This document shows positions 8,561 through 18,991 of a DNA stretch of 64,000 nt, in pieces. Made by a program: the position numbers and the translations under genes. Positions within the stretch are counted from its first letter, which is position 1, and the number at the start of each line of letters is the position of its first letter. The notes under the pieces are model-generated. The model did no database searches. It saw only the letters and a program-made list of their open reading frames with translations, and was not told the origin of the DNA. Origin of the DNA: Pseudobdellovibrionaceae bacterium (GTDB taxonomy: Bacteria > Bdellovibrionota > Bdellovibrionia > Bdellovibrionales > UBA1609). Where the stretch lies: NCBI GenBank assembly GCA_030591685.1, contig JAUVAX010000008.1:1-64000 (forward strand), written 5' to 3'.

Positions 8561-10255
8561 TTGATGCATTTAAGTAAGTCACTAAATTTTAAGATAAGGT
8601 ATTTTTTGGAGCAAAATTTAACATTTATATTGTCACTACTTGCCGGTTTAGGGTTAGTTGTGTTTTCTATGAAAAACTTAGCATCGGGCTTTCAGGTGCT
8701 GTTTTCGCGGCCCATAAAATTTTTAATAAACTCAATCAGCATAAGCCCTTTTGTGACCCTTCTTGTAGGGGCTGTGAGTTCGTTGTTTGTTCAGTCGAGC
8801 TTTAGTAGCTCCTTAATGGCGTTGTCTTACGCCGGGTCTGGGTTGTTAAATTTATCACAATTAATTTTATTAATTATTGGTGCAAGTTTAGGGACTCTGC
8901 CCACAGTATGGCTGTTTTCACTAGAGAGTTCAGGTTTTGATTTATACCTCATCGTTCTGGGTGTTCTGCCCATGCTCTATGCGTCTTCTGTCGTATTGGC
9001 TTCTTTAGGTAAGGTGATATTTTCTTTAGGGGTTTTGTTTTTAGGCTATAATTTAATGATTATCCCTCCAGGTGCTGAGCTGTTGAGTCTTGCGCAGTCA
9101 TCCGTTGAGTACTTGTCCTCTTTTAGTGGTTTTGCAGTTTTTTGGTTAATCGTGCCGGTGGTCGTGGTGTGCTCAATGCTTTTGAGGTCTACGGTTGCAC
9201 TTATGGCTCTTCTTATGGCGCTCTCCTACAACAACATTATACCAGTAACGTTGGCTATTATGTTGGCGTTAGCCGCAAATTTGGGGCGAACTGTTCCGGT
9301 GTTTATTTCATCCTTCAGAGCAGGGATTTTACCAAAAAGAGGGGCTTTGTTTTATTTTTTAGTAAACTTTACGGGTGTATTTTTAGTATCAATATTTTTC
9401 GGTCCGTTTTTTGACCTATTAACGCGCGCCATAGGTTCTTATTCCTTTTCACATAAGGTTGATTTAATACCGGCAGCACATACTCTTTATAATATTATAT
9501 TGGTTGTTTTCTCGTTTATCTTTTTTATACCTTTAAAGTGGTGTGTTCAAAAAATATTTAAAGATAAGTCTCAAAAATCACCTCAAAAATTAAAATTTTT
9601 AGGACAAATCTCACATATGTCACCTATTTTAGCTATAGAGCAAGTTTATCAAGAGGTTAAAAAAATGGCGGCAACTTGCGAAACCACCTTGCAGCTGACG
9701 TCACTTTATTTAAATCATCGTGAAGAAGAGATAGTTGAAAAAGTACTTAAGTACGAAAAAGTAACTGATAACATCAGGCAAGAAATTTTTATTTATCTTT
9801 CAAAAGTCATGCAGGTGTCACTGTCGAGCAAGCAAGGTGAGCAGGTGAGGTCATTGCTACGGATCTCCAATGAGCTTGAGAGTATAGCTGATCGTTGTAA
9901 GCAAATAATTTTATCTCAAAAAGAAATCATTCAACTGGGCGTCCCTTTAAAGGGTGGGCTTCATGATCAGTTTAAAAAAGTAATGGAGAAGCTCAAAGAG
10001 GTCTATGAGATGACTTTTTTTCAGCTCACATCATCAAAAGATGCCGGTAACTTAGAGTACCGAAAGTACCTGACTCAGTTTGATCAAAACTTGGTAGAGC
10101 TAAGGCTTTACTACTTACAGTGGATACGTGAAGAGGTCGATAGTGAGTACCAAATCGAGGCCAGTTTAAAGTACGGTGATATTTTATTTGGTATTTACCA
10201 AATAAGAGGCCGATCTCAAAACATTATTGAATCTTATAGGTTTGGGTACCTTTAA
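8561..10255 (+). CDS. Na/Pi cotransporter family protein with C-terminal PhoU-like domains
   Basis: VQSS, IGASLGT, AANLGRT repeats; AHTLYN; ELESIAD PhoU-like helix; start uncertain. Confidence 0.85.
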   Translation: MMHLSKSLNFKIRYFLEQNLTFILSLLAGLGLVVFSMKNLASGFQVLFSRPIKFLINSISISPFVTLLVGAVSSLFVQSSFSSSLMALSYAGSGLLNLSQLILLIIGASLGTLPTVWLFSLESSGFDLYLIVLGVLPMLYASSVVLASLGKVIFSLGVLFLGYNLMIIPPGAELLSLAQSSVEYLSSFSGFAVFWLIVPVVVVCSMLLRSTVALMALLMALSYNNIIPVTLAIMLALAANLGRTVPVFISSFRAGILPKRGALFYFLVNFTGVFLVSIFFGPFFDLLTRAIGSYSFSHKVDLIPAAHTLYNIILVVFSFIFFIPLKWCVQKIFKDKSQKSPQKLKFLGQISHMSPILAIEQVYQEVKKMAATCETTLQLTSLYLNHREEEIVEKVLKYEKVTDNIRQEIFIYLSKVMQVSLSSKQGEQVRSLLRISNELESIADRCKQIILSQKEIIQLGVPLKGGLHDQFKKVMEKLKEVYEMTFFQLTSSKDAGNLEYRKYLTQFDQNLVELRLYYLQWIREEVDSEYQIEASLKYGDILFGIYQIRGRSQNIIESYRFGYL

Positions 10256-11112
10256 TGAATTAAATTATGGGGGTTAGGCTCTAAACACAAATCATAGAAA
10301 GCTGATTGAATGTCCTCAGGAGCTAAGTTTTTATCAATATACGAAAAGTACCTATTAAGATCATCTTGAGCTTGTTTTTTCTTATTCAGTGCTTTGTAAA
10401 GAAGGGCTCTTTGGCCGAGGTGCTCTAAGTTAGAGGGGTAAAGGTGCAGTAAAGTATCAAGTAGTGAGAGCTTTTGTAGAGACTGCTCTTCGCGGTTAAA
10501 TATCTCGACTAGTTTTGAAAGGTAGATATAAATTATTTTATCAAAAGTGAGGGCTTCGAGTTCTTCTGATAAAAAGTTACCAACTTTAAATCGGTCTATA
10601 ATTTGCTGAGCTTTAAGGATAGCCCCAGAGCATGAAAGGTCTAATAATTCGGACTCTTTGGGCCTTGACCATTTAAGTAAGGTGAAGGTTTCGTAATTAA
10701 GCAGGGTGATCGGTAACTGCAAGGTTTCGGTAAAGATTAAATAAAAAAGAGTCACCACCAAGGGGTGGCCTTTGCGGTTTGTAAAAGCAGGTTCAATGAG
10801 CCAATGTCTGGGGGCGATGGTTTGAGTGACACACTTAAAATCTAAGACATTGAAAAAATAATCATTCAGAGCCTCGAATCGTTCCTTTTCGTTGAGGCCT
10901 TGGGTGTCAAACTTGAGCTTTGCTAAGTGTTGGTGAAGGTCCTGAATTGAAGGTTCAATAATTTGATCTGGCCAAAGTAACTGATTTGTTGTTTGAAGTA
11001 TTGAAACCATAGAACCAAAAGATGTTTTAGTAAGCAGGTGGATTTCAAGCTGCAGTTTTTCTTTAAGTAATGTTTTTGTAAACTCCATAGAGTTAAAATT
11101 TAAGTGATCCAT
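10252..11112 (-). CDS. SirB1/YchA-like transglutaminase-fold protein with TPR
   Basis: ALNDYFF, RKGHPL, C-terminal RALLY...AQDDL..Y TPR. Confidence 0.75.
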   Translation of the reverse strand: MDHLNFNSMEFTKTLLKEKLQLEIHLLTKTSFGSMVSILQTTNQLLWPDQIIEPSIQDLHQHLAKLKFDTQGLNEKERFEALNDYFFNVLDFKCVTQTIAPRHWLIEPAFTNRKGHPLVVTLFYLIFTETLQLPITLLNYETFTLLKWSRPKESELLDLSCSGAILKAQQIIDRFKVGNFLSEELEALTFDKIIYIYLSKLVEIFNREEQSLQKLSLLDTLLHLYPSNLEHLGQRALLYKALNKKKQAQDDLNRYFSYIDKNLAPEDIQSAFYDLCLEPNPHNLIH

Positions 11113-11241
11113 GTAAAATATTCAATTAAATTAGGTGATTGTTTTCTAGTGGGTGCAGAAGAGGATAATTTTTTAATAAAACATCCCCTCAGTACTGCGT
11201 CATAAAGTGACATTTTAACAAGTCACAATGAGAATTTTGTA

Positions 11242-12141
11242 ATGGCCAATACAACAGAAGAGCAATTATTAATTAAAGTTGAAGAGTTAGAAGGTGAGCT
11301 CACGGCACGGCGAGAGGATCTCGCGAACTATCGCGCCGAGTTAAAAAATGCAAACGTTCAACTTGAGGGGATGATCGCACAGACAAACCGTGACGTAAGG
11401 TCCTTGTCTCGACTGCAAAAGTCATTGGTGCCTACGAGTTTCCCACACATTCAGGGTTTTGAGTTCTCTACAAAATTTATAGCCAGCCATGTTTCAGGAG
11501 GGGACTATTTAGATATTTTTGAGCATCAAGATCGAATGCGCTTTAGTTTACTGCTCTCAAGTGCTTCTGGGTATAGCCTATCGGCTCTTATGTTAGGGTC
11601 TTTGCTTGGGTTGTCAGGTGAATTGGACGCAAAAACTTCGAATGCGCCTCACCTTGTTGTTGAATCAATAATTAAGGAAATCCTTAAGGACGTTTCTGAA
11701 GAAGAGCAAGGAGAGCTTTTCTTTGCACTAATTAACCGTAGAAATTTAGAGTTAAAATATAGCCTTTCCGGGCAAATCCATGGTTTTCATTATAAAAACA
11801 GAGGTCGAGGTGAGCTTGTCGCCCTAGAACCGACGAGTCCGCCTATTAATATGGGCTTTGATGTGACCAGTTTAAGCTCAAAAACAATACCATTAAACTC
11901 AAATGATTTAGTTATTTTATGTTCTAGAGGCCTTGTTGAGGCTACAAATTTGGCCGGTGAAGAGTTCGGTGTTGAGAGGCTCGTGAAGACCCTTATGAGC
12001 TCACCTAAAGAGGGTGTTCATGATATTAGAAATGAGATCTTCTTTCAGGTACAAAAACACTCAGGCGGGACTGAGGTGCCTAGAGATCAATCAGTTATTG
12101 TAATGAGCGTCAAAGACCGGTCCCTAAAACTCGCCAATTAA
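11242..12141 (+). CDS. SpoIIE/PP2C-family domain protein with N-terminal coiled coil (probably degenerate)
   Basis: LQKSLVP, VSGGDYLD, GEEFGVERL, RDQSVIV. Confidence 0.85.
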   Translation: MANTTEEQLLIKVEELEGELTARREDLANYRAELKNANVQLEGMIAQTNRDVRSLSRLQKSLVPTSFPHIQGFEFSTKFIASHVSGGDYLDIFEHQDRMRFSLLLSSASGYSLSALMLGSLLGLSGELDAKTSNAPHLVVESIIKEILKDVSEEEQGELFFALINRRNLELKYSLSGQIHGFHYKNRGRGELVALEPTSPPINMGFDVTSLSSKTIPLNSNDLVILCSRGLVEATNLAGEEFGVERLVKTLMSSPKEGVHDIRNEIFFQVQKHSGGTEVPRDQSVIVMSVKDRSLKLAN

Positions 12142-12306
12142 TTTAACATAGAGTTTTCTTTGGGGTGCCTTGTGAGGGGCTATGTTTCCCCGGACTAAAA
12201 AAGGTCTCAATTTGAGCAGAGTCTTATTTCAAAGACTATACCTTTGTTGCTATTAGTGATAGAGGTATGAACTCACTGTACTACCATTTGAGAAAGGATT
12301 TAAGAA

Positions 12307-13437
12307 ATGTCAGAAGTCTATGCTGGGGCCGTAGATAAGGGGCTTGAGGGTGTGATTGCCTGTACCACAGCCATTTCCTCTATTGTTGATGCAGCACTTT
12401 GCTACAGAGGCTACTTAATTGAAGATTTAGCTGAAAATTCAAGCTTTGAAGAAACAGTATACTTGTTATGGAATGATCATTTACCAAGCAAAGAAGAGTA
12501 TACGGAGTTTAAAAATATCTTAAGGTCTGAGTTGAGCTTAAGGTCTGAACAAATTGAGCTTTTAAAGCAAATACCGGTTAAAGATGTTCACCCTATGGCT
12601 TGGCTTCGTACAGCGGTGTCGTTATTAGCTCTTTGGGATAAGGAGAGTCAGTTAGATACGCCTGAGGCTCACCAAAACATCGCAATTCGCCTGACAGCTA
12701 AAATGGGGACTCTAGTCGCTTTATTTGAAAGATTAAGACAAGGAAAGGGCTATGTAGCCCCTAATCCCGAAAAGTCTTTTGCTTGGAACTTTTTGTATAT
12801 GATCTCAGGTCAAGAGCGTGATGATGAGATCGTAAAAATATTTGATACCTGCTTAATTCTTCATGCAGACCATGAGCTCAACTGCTCGGCTTTTGCTTCA
12901 AGAGTGACGGCTTCGTCTTTAAGTGACATCTACTCAGCGGTCACCAGTGCTATTGGCGCTTTAAAAGGTCCATTGCATGGTGGGGCTAATGAGCGAGTGA
13001 TGCGAATGTTAGTTGATATTAAAACCGTTGAGAAGGCAAAGCAGTGGGTTGATAGTGCCCTCACAAATAAAGAAAAGATTATGGGCTTTGGCCATAGGGT
13101 ATATAAAAATGGGGACCCACGAGCTAAAATTTTAAGAAGCATGAGCGAGTCTTTATGCAATAAATCCGGCAATGATTACTATAAAATGTCAAAAGTAATA
13201 GATGACACCGTCCAAACAGAAAAGGGCCTTTTGCCTAATGTAGATTTTTATTCAGCTTCTGTATATTACAGCATGGGGATCCCTTTAGATTTATATACTT
13301 CAATATTTACGGTCTCAAGAGTGAGTGGCTGGTTGGCTCATATTTTAGAGCAATATAAAAATAACCGCATATATCGCCCTCGAGGTGAGTGGGTGGGTAA
13401 GACGGGTTTAAAATACGCCCCCCTATCAGGTCGTTAA
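12307..13437 (+). CDS. citrate synthase / 2-methylcitrate synthase family
   Basis: KGLEGV, HADHELN, GPLHGGANE, MGFGHRVYK, PNVDF. Confidence 0.95.
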   Translation: MSEVYAGAVDKGLEGVIACTTAISSIVDAALCYRGYLIEDLAENSSFEETVYLLWNDHLPSKEEYTEFKNILRSELSLRSEQIELLKQIPVKDVHPMAWLRTAVSLLALWDKESQLDTPEAHQNIAIRLTAKMGTLVALFERLRQGKGYVAPNPEKSFAWNFLYMISGQERDDEIVKIFDTCLILHADHELNCSAFASRVTASSLSDIYSAVTSAIGALKGPLHGGANERVMRMLVDIKTVEKAKQWVDSALTNKEKIMGFGHRVYKNGDPRAKILRSMSESLCNKSGNDYYKMSKVIDDTVQTEKGLLPNVDFYSASVYYSMGIPLDLYTSIFTVSRVSGWLAHILEQYKNNRIYRPRGEWVGKTGLKYAPLSGR

Positions 13438-13647
13438 ATGTAAAAATGGGGTGAGTTATTACCTCTAGAGCCTTAATAGGCAAAGTGTGAAAGGCCTTGG
13501 AAATGTTAATAAGTTAAACATTTTCGGCCATATTTATTAAATCTATGAGAAACTGTAGAACTTTTAGTGGCTCTCGCACCATAAAAAAGCCCTAAAACCC
13601 TTAGTAAACCCCTGTTTTTGTCGAAAAGTACCCTAAGAGGGGGCTTT

Positions 13648-14325
13648 ATGACTAAAATTTTAATTCAGAGTAAAGATTTAACAGAAGCCAGAAAAATAAG
13701 TCACATGTTGGAGGACTATTATTTTTCAGCACAGGTGTCGTTTGGCCGTCAAAGTACTTATAACCAATTTGTACACGAATCCCCTGAGATATTTATTTAT
13801 TGTTGCAATACGATTAACTCCTTGGTCTTGGATTATGTTGTTGAACTCAGAAATCGCGGGTTTAAACTGCCCATCATTCTTGTTGTTGAAAACGTAGGTA
13901 GCTCTGATAAGTTTATAAAAAACCACTCTGGGGTTCATGTTATTGAGAGGAAGTACATTAGTATTTCCTTGAGAAAGTTGTGTTTAAAACTTTCTGAAAA
14001 GCCTAAGAGTTTATCACAAATCTTTAAACGCTATAGCACTGATCTGTCATTAGAAATTGAGAACTTATACGATGGTCGTGGGGTGAGCTCGCGCATGATA
14101 AACCTCTCCTTAGGCGGAGCCCAATGCCTTAGTGAAAAGGATCCGAAGTTTCATGAAGGGGATCTTGTTCGATTAAAAATAAAGCTCGAAGAGGTCGATC
14201 GTTTTCATAATATGAACGCTAAAGTTGTCTGGATTAATGAAGATGCTGTGACTGGCCAAATGGGATTCGGGCTAGAGTTTATCTCTGAACATGATTTGTA
14301 CACTCAGCTCATAGAGAGGATTTAA
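13648..14325 (+). CDS. degenerate receiver-like domain plus PilZ domain protein
   Basis: C-terminal NLSLGG, AKVVW, FGLEF PilZ features; SD GAGGGG before ATG 13648. Confidence 0.8.
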   Translation: MTKILIQSKDLTEARKISHMLEDYYFSAQVSFGRQSTYNQFVHESPEIFIYCCNTINSLVLDYVVELRNRGFKLPIILVVENVGSSDKFIKNHSGVHVIERKYISISLRKLCLKLSEKPKSLSQIFKRYSTDLSLEIENLYDGRGVSSRMINLSLGGAQCLSEKDPKFHEGDLVRLKIKLEEVDRFHNMNAKVVWINEDAVTGQMGFGLEFISEHDLYTQLIERI

Positions 14326-14516
14326 TCGCTCCTTTCTATTTCGAGTTAAATAAGCTCACAAGTTCGCAATAATATGTAAACTTTAAGAGTCATTTTTTAA
14401 AATGAAATCTGTAAAACAAACCCCTGACTCCGATGTGAATTTTCATTGCAAATAGCGATGGTATTATTTACGGTATTTCTTTGTGAGACGTAAATCATTA
14501 TTTTTGGAGGGTTTTT

Positions 14517-15167
14517 ATGGCTAAACATGTTGCTGTTGTATTATCAGGTTGTGGGTTTAAAGATGGGTCTGAGGTCACCGAAGTTGTGGCTGCATTTATA
14601 GCCCTCTCTGAATGCGGTTCAGAGGTGAAAGTGTTTGCTCCTAATGAGGACGGTTTAGTAAAAAACCATATAGACGATCAAAATCAAGGAGTGCGAAATA
14701 TTATGCAAGAGTCCTCTCGAATCTCCAGAGGAGAAATAGAGGATATAAAAAATTTAAGCGTAAACGATTTCGATGGTGTTGTTTTCCCTGGGGGTTTTGG
14801 TGCGGCGTTAAACTTAAGTGATTTTGCTCAAAAAGGGGAGCAGTGTTGTGTGCATGAAGAGGTTAAAAGGGTGGTGCTTGAATTTAATCAAAACTCAAAA
14901 CCCATCGTGGCATTTTGTATAGCTCCGGTAATTATAGCAAAGGTCCTTGGTGATCAGGGCGTTGCCGTGACTATTGGTAACGATGCCGATACGGCCACGT
15001 TAATAGAAAAAATGGGAGCTCAGCATGTGGAGTGCAAGGTTGATGATTACGTGTCCGACAGGGCTTTAAAAGTAATCACAACCCCTGCGTATATGTATAA
15101 TGCTAAACCTCACGAGGTATTTAAGGGCATTAAGGCCGCGATAAATGAATTTATTGAAATGGCTTAA
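14517..15167 (+). CDS. elbB: isoprenoid biosynthesis glyoxalase ElbB (DJ-1/PfpI superfamily)
   Basis: VLSGCGFKDGSE, PGGFGAALNLS, CIAP, TTPAYM. Confidence 0.93.
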   Translation: MAKHVAVVLSGCGFKDGSEVTEVVAAFIALSECGSEVKVFAPNEDGLVKNHIDDQNQGVRNIMQESSRISRGEIEDIKNLSVNDFDGVVFPGGFGAALNLSDFAQKGEQCCVHEEVKRVVLEFNQNSKPIVAFCIAPVIIAKVLGDQGVAVTIGNDADTATLIEKMGAQHVECKVDDYVSDRALKVITTPAYMYNAKPHEVFKGIKAAINEFIEMA

Positions 15168-16039
15168 GGGTGTTCTTCGAGCTGATAATTAGCTAAATAG
15201 GTGCATTCGCGAGCAAATATTTTTTGACTCGTCCAGTACTCCATACAGTGGCTCACAAGTCCATTATATATAAGCCCTTCGGGGTTAAGTTCGGTGCCAA
15301 ATAAAGGATAAAGTAGGTAGTTGAGGTAGGGGACCTGTGGGCTTATTTGAAACTTATGGTTAACGACTGTTATTTGGTTTTCTTCATCGACATAAACTTG
15401 CTTGAACTCAACTTGCCTGACGTCTAAATTACAGTCCTGTAGCCCAGGGCAACCGTTTTCAATGACTCTTTCTGGGGCCTTTGTTGTTGTCACATTTGTT
15501 TGTAAATAATGAAAGCTGAGCCCTTTAATATCACCGGTGTCACAGGCTTCTGCTTGAATGGGTTCTTCAGTGCTTAAAATTTTAAAACGAAAGGGCTTTT
15601 TTGTTGGTTTTTTAAGTGTGAAGTTAGAATAAGTACTTTGTGCCTCTAGAGGCTTTGCAATGGTTTGTAATATATCTTTTTGTACTCGGTCCACCTCGTT
15701 ATTAAAATAAGAGTGTATGGTTTGAATAAAATGGTATTGAGTTTTTGTGGCTTCGTCCTCAATGTCGTTTAAGTAAGTCTCATAATCTTGAAGCAATATT
15801 GATGATCCAGAGCCCTGGGCATTTACGCTGGTCTGATAGTGTAAGTATTCCCCTTCTTTTTTGTTAAGTATGGGGATGTTCTTCATAGGTTCGTAAAGCT
15901 CTGCGACAATAGCTTCAATAGAGGCTTGAGTACTTGAGTTAAAGGCACAAACGTTGTTCTCTTCCTCTTCGTTAAAGCAGCCCGCTGTGGCAAGAAAAAT
16001 AAATATTAAACTAATAATACTTTTTATAGGTGAGTTCAT
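15164..16039 (-). CDS. hypothetical lipoprotein
   Basis: Start re-called at ATG 16039; MNSPIKSIISLIFIFLATAG-C lipobox; Cys pairs. Confidence 0.7.
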   Translation of the reverse strand: MNSPIKSIISLIFIFLATAGCFNEEEENNVCAFNSSTQASIEAIVAELYEPMKNIPILNKKEGEYLHYQTSVNAQGSGSSILLQDYETYLNDIEDEATKTQYHFIQTIHSYFNNEVDRVQKDILQTIAKPLEAQSTYSNFTLKKPTKKPFRFKILSTEEPIQAEACDTGDIKGLSFHYLQTNVTTTKAPERVIENGCPGLQDCNLDVRQVEFKQVYVDEENQITVVNHKFQISPQVPYLNYLLYPLFGTELNPEGLIYNGLVSHCMEYWTSQKIFARECTYLANYQLEEHP

Positions 16040-16043
16040 AGAG

Positions 16044-17138
16044 TTATACCGAGTCCCAGCCCCAGACCCAAAAATGGAGGGGGAAGGCCTTTTCAATGAC
16101 CTCGCTTGTTTTAGGGTTAAATTTATGAAGAGCGTTAGCCCTTTCAGGTCCAAAAATGAGTTTAGTGATATCTTGTTCAGACTGTGTGCGATAAAGGTCG
16201 CTATCTACGCCAAAAATATATTCATCCTCATGCTTTTTTAAAACAAAATTAGATTTTGTTGTGGCGCTCACATATTCACATATTTTTTTAAACATCTTTT
16301 CGCAGTTAAGAAGTTTAATCATTCCCAGGTACCCATTATGAGGGGCTAACCCTAGGTCCTTCATTTTTCGTATAAGCCCAATATTATGATGTGATGCTAT
16401 GAGAGTTAATGGTTTTTGTTGGTCTTTATGTATAAAGTTTATAAGCGGTAAGAGATTTGAGAGCCCCCCTCCCCACTCATGTATATATCCTGTAAGGTCA
16501 GCACCCTTCCCCTCGACAGCATAGGCTTTAATTTTACCAGCCTTGTCCCAGGCCGTATAAATGTTCGAATTAGGTATTTGTAAATACTTTCTAATTTCGT
16601 CTAAAGTTCGAATGCTAGAGACGGTGTGTTGGGAGTAGATTTTAAGTATGGCCTCTGCGGCGACCTGTCGACCTTTAATGAACTTTAAATCAGGCACATC
16701 CTCAGTCGTCAGTGGGTGGTCAATGAGGTAGCTTTTTTCAGTCCCGACAAGTTCAAATCCGAGTTTTCTATAAAAATCATAAAGATCAGTCCATAAAATA
16801 GCCATGTGGCAGCCATCGCTGTCTGCCTTTTTAAGACACTTCTTCATCACTTGTTGGCTAAAACCTTTATTTCTGTATTTTTCACCGGTGACAACACTTC
16901 CTATGGCGGCCACCTTTACAAGCCCAAACGGGGTTTTAATAATAAGGTACCGCAAAAGAGCGTGGGAAACGATCGCGCCCTGACTTTCAACAATAAATAT
17001 GTTTTCGCGATTATTAGGGCTAATAGCTAATGGGTACTCATCCTCAATAGACCACAAAAAATTGGGTCGTAACTCTTGATTTAAAAAACTAATGACAGTG
17101 CTGAGTTCATGGGTTTTTACAGGCCTTGGCTCTTGCAT
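16044..17138 (-). CDS. GNAT family N-acetyltransferase (Eis-like architecture)
   Basis: IGSVVT..YRNKGFS acetyl-CoA motif; FYRKLGF. Confidence 0.85.
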   Translation of the reverse strand: MQEPRPVKTHELSTVISFLNQELRPNFLWSIEDEYPLAISPNNRENIFIVESQGAIVSHALLRYLIIKTPFGLVKVAAIGSVVTGEKYRNKGFSQQVMKKCLKKADSDGCHMAILWTDLYDFYRKLGFELVGTEKSYLIDHPLTTEDVPDLKFIKGRQVAAEAILKIYSQHTVSSIRTLDEIRKYLQIPNSNIYTAWDKAGKIKAYAVEGKGADLTGYIHEWGGGLSNLLPLINFIHKDQQKPLTLIASHHNIGLIRKMKDLGLAPHNGYLGMIKLLNCEKMFKKICEYVSATTKSNFVLKKHEDEYIFGVDSDLYRTQSEQDITKLIFGPERANALHKFNPKTSEVIEKAFPLHFWVWGWDSV

Positions 17139-17419
17139 TATTTATTACCTCCCCGACTTCTACCTATTTATATAATACAATTTAAGGAGGTAAAAAGATA
17201 AATATTGGGGGCAATTCAAGACCAAATATTTTGCAATAGTATGCTGTGTGACAGCATTGTAACTTGCTTAGCCAGACTTTGGTCAATAGATAGATTAAAA
17301 AGACACACATGTGGTCAGGTCCATTACTTTAATAAAAGTTTTTTTGTGCCTTATTAGTAAGTAAACCTTAATAAGTATGGGCTTTTGGTGGATAGGTTTA
17401 TAGGTGTCTCACGTTAATA

Positions 17420-17950
17420 TTACTGATTTCTAGATTGCTGATCATTATTATAAACTTGAAAAAGATGATTGGTTTCAAGATTTTTTACAATGCTGTTATA
17501 AAGACGTGTGCGCTCAGTAATGTTGTCTTCAAATTTTAATTTTTCAAGATCAACACTCATTTGAATTCTGCGTTTGCCGATTTCAGATATACGCATCATA
17601 ACTTGTTGAAGTTGCTCTTTTTTTACGGGCTTTTCAAAAAAATCAATAGCTCCTAGCCTCAAGCCCTCTAAAAGGTGCTCACTAGTTAGTGTTCCAGAGC
17701 AAATGACAAAGGGGGTGTCCCAGGCATAGGCGCGAACTTTTTTAAGTATTTCAAGTCCGTGTATGTCGGGTAAATTTAAGTCGCTTATAATTCCGCTGAA
17801 CTTTTCGGTTTCAATTTTACGTAAGGCTTCTTTAGAGGTTAGGCAAGTAACGAGCTCCATTCCAAGGCCTTTGAGGTGATGAGTGAGAATTTCTAAAATA
17901 ACGGGGTCATCATCAATCAACAGTATTCGTCTTTGTGATTTCACTTTCAT
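17420..17950 (-). CDS. response regulator (receiver plus short helical tail)
   Basis: LIDDD, ISDLNLP, CSG, FEKP. Confidence 0.9.
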   Translation of the reverse strand: MKVKSQRRILLIDDDPVILEILTHHLKGLGMELVTCLTSKEALRKIETEKFSGIISDLNLPDIHGLEILKKVRAYAWDTPFVICSGTLTSEHLLEGLRLGAIDFFEKPVKKEQLQQVMMRISEIGKRRIQMSVDLEKLKFEDNITERTRLYNSIVKNLETNHLFQVYNNDQQSRNQ

Positions 17951-18230
17951 ATTAACCTTTTTTATTGTGAACTTAGATTCATTTATTTTAGAAATACTAT
18001 TTAATTTTGTACATAAGTTTAACAGTAAGTGTAGGCCTTAAGTCTGTGAACAGAGGGCCAATTTTTTACTAAAAAACAGCTTTATGGCTATGGGTGTATT
18101 TAATCTTGATGAGGAGATAATTTATGATTATGCGCGCAATGGGCTTTTCAGGGGTGGCCTAAGTGTGGGGGGCTATAGCCTTCGAGGTGTTCGTTTTAAT
18201 TTAAAAACTTAATCCATAGAGGGGGGATAT

Positions 18231-18935
18231 GTGTTAAAGGTCCCCGTGGCCTTAAAAATAGAGGCCAAAGAGCTTATAGGTGCCACTTTGACAAAAAAAA
18301 TGATTAAAAAAAAAGAACATGTAAAATCGGTAATTAAGCTATTAAAAAAATATTACCCTAACCCTGAGTGTGCATTAAATTATAAAACCCCAGAGCAGCT
18401 GTTGATTGCAACAATACTCAGTGCCCAGTGTACTGATAAGCGAGTGAATATTGTCACTGAAGAGTTATTTATAAAGTACCCGACCATTGAGAGTTTCGCG
18501 GCCGCTGATATAGAGCAGTTGGAGCAAGATGTAAAGCCAACAGGTTTTTACCGTAATAAGGCTAAAAACATAAAGTCTTGCTGTGAAAAATTAATAAATG
18601 ACTTTGATGGCATATTGCCTCAAAAACTGGAGCTTTTAACACAGCTTGCCGGTGTGGGCCGAAAGACGGCAAATGTCGTGCTCGGCAACGCGTTTAACAT
18701 TAGCTCAGGGGTTGTTGTAGATACCCATGTGACACGATTGTCAAATCGTCTAGGGTGGGTGACCGGTAAAAATGCAGTTATTATTGAGCGAGAATTGGGC
18801 CAAATAGTACCCAAAAAGCACTGGATTCAATTTTCTCATTGGTTGATCATTCATGGTCGGGCTGTTTGCAAAGCGCGCAAACCACAGTGCGAGACTTGTT
18901 TTTTGCAAGAAATTTGCCCAAAAAAGCCATATTGA
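18231..18935 (+). CDS. nth: endonuclease III
   Basis: LSAQCTD, GVGRKTANVVL, VDTHV, CxxxxxxCxxCxxxxxC Fe-S cluster; true start may be 18288 or 18300. Confidence 0.96.
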   Translation: MLKVPVALKIEAKELIGATLTKKMIKKKEHVKSVIKLLKKYYPNPECALNYKTPEQLLIATILSAQCTDKRVNIVTEELFIKYPTIESFAAADIEQLEQDVKPTGFYRNKAKNIKSCCEKLINDFDGILPQKLELLTQLAGVGRKTANVVLGNAFNISSGVVVDTHVTRLSNRLGWVTGKNAVIIERELGQIVPKKHWIQFSHWLIIHGRAVCKARKPQCETCFLQEICPKKPY

Positions 18936-18991
18936 ATAATTTTGTATTTAGGAATAAAGTAAGCTGAAGTTGTTTTGAAGGAGAATATTAA

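Noticed and set aside
12204..12217. GTCTCA-N3-TGAGC partial palindrome, with weaker look-alikes near 17406 and 54117
   Set aside because: Copies are too degenerate to define a motif from this window alone.
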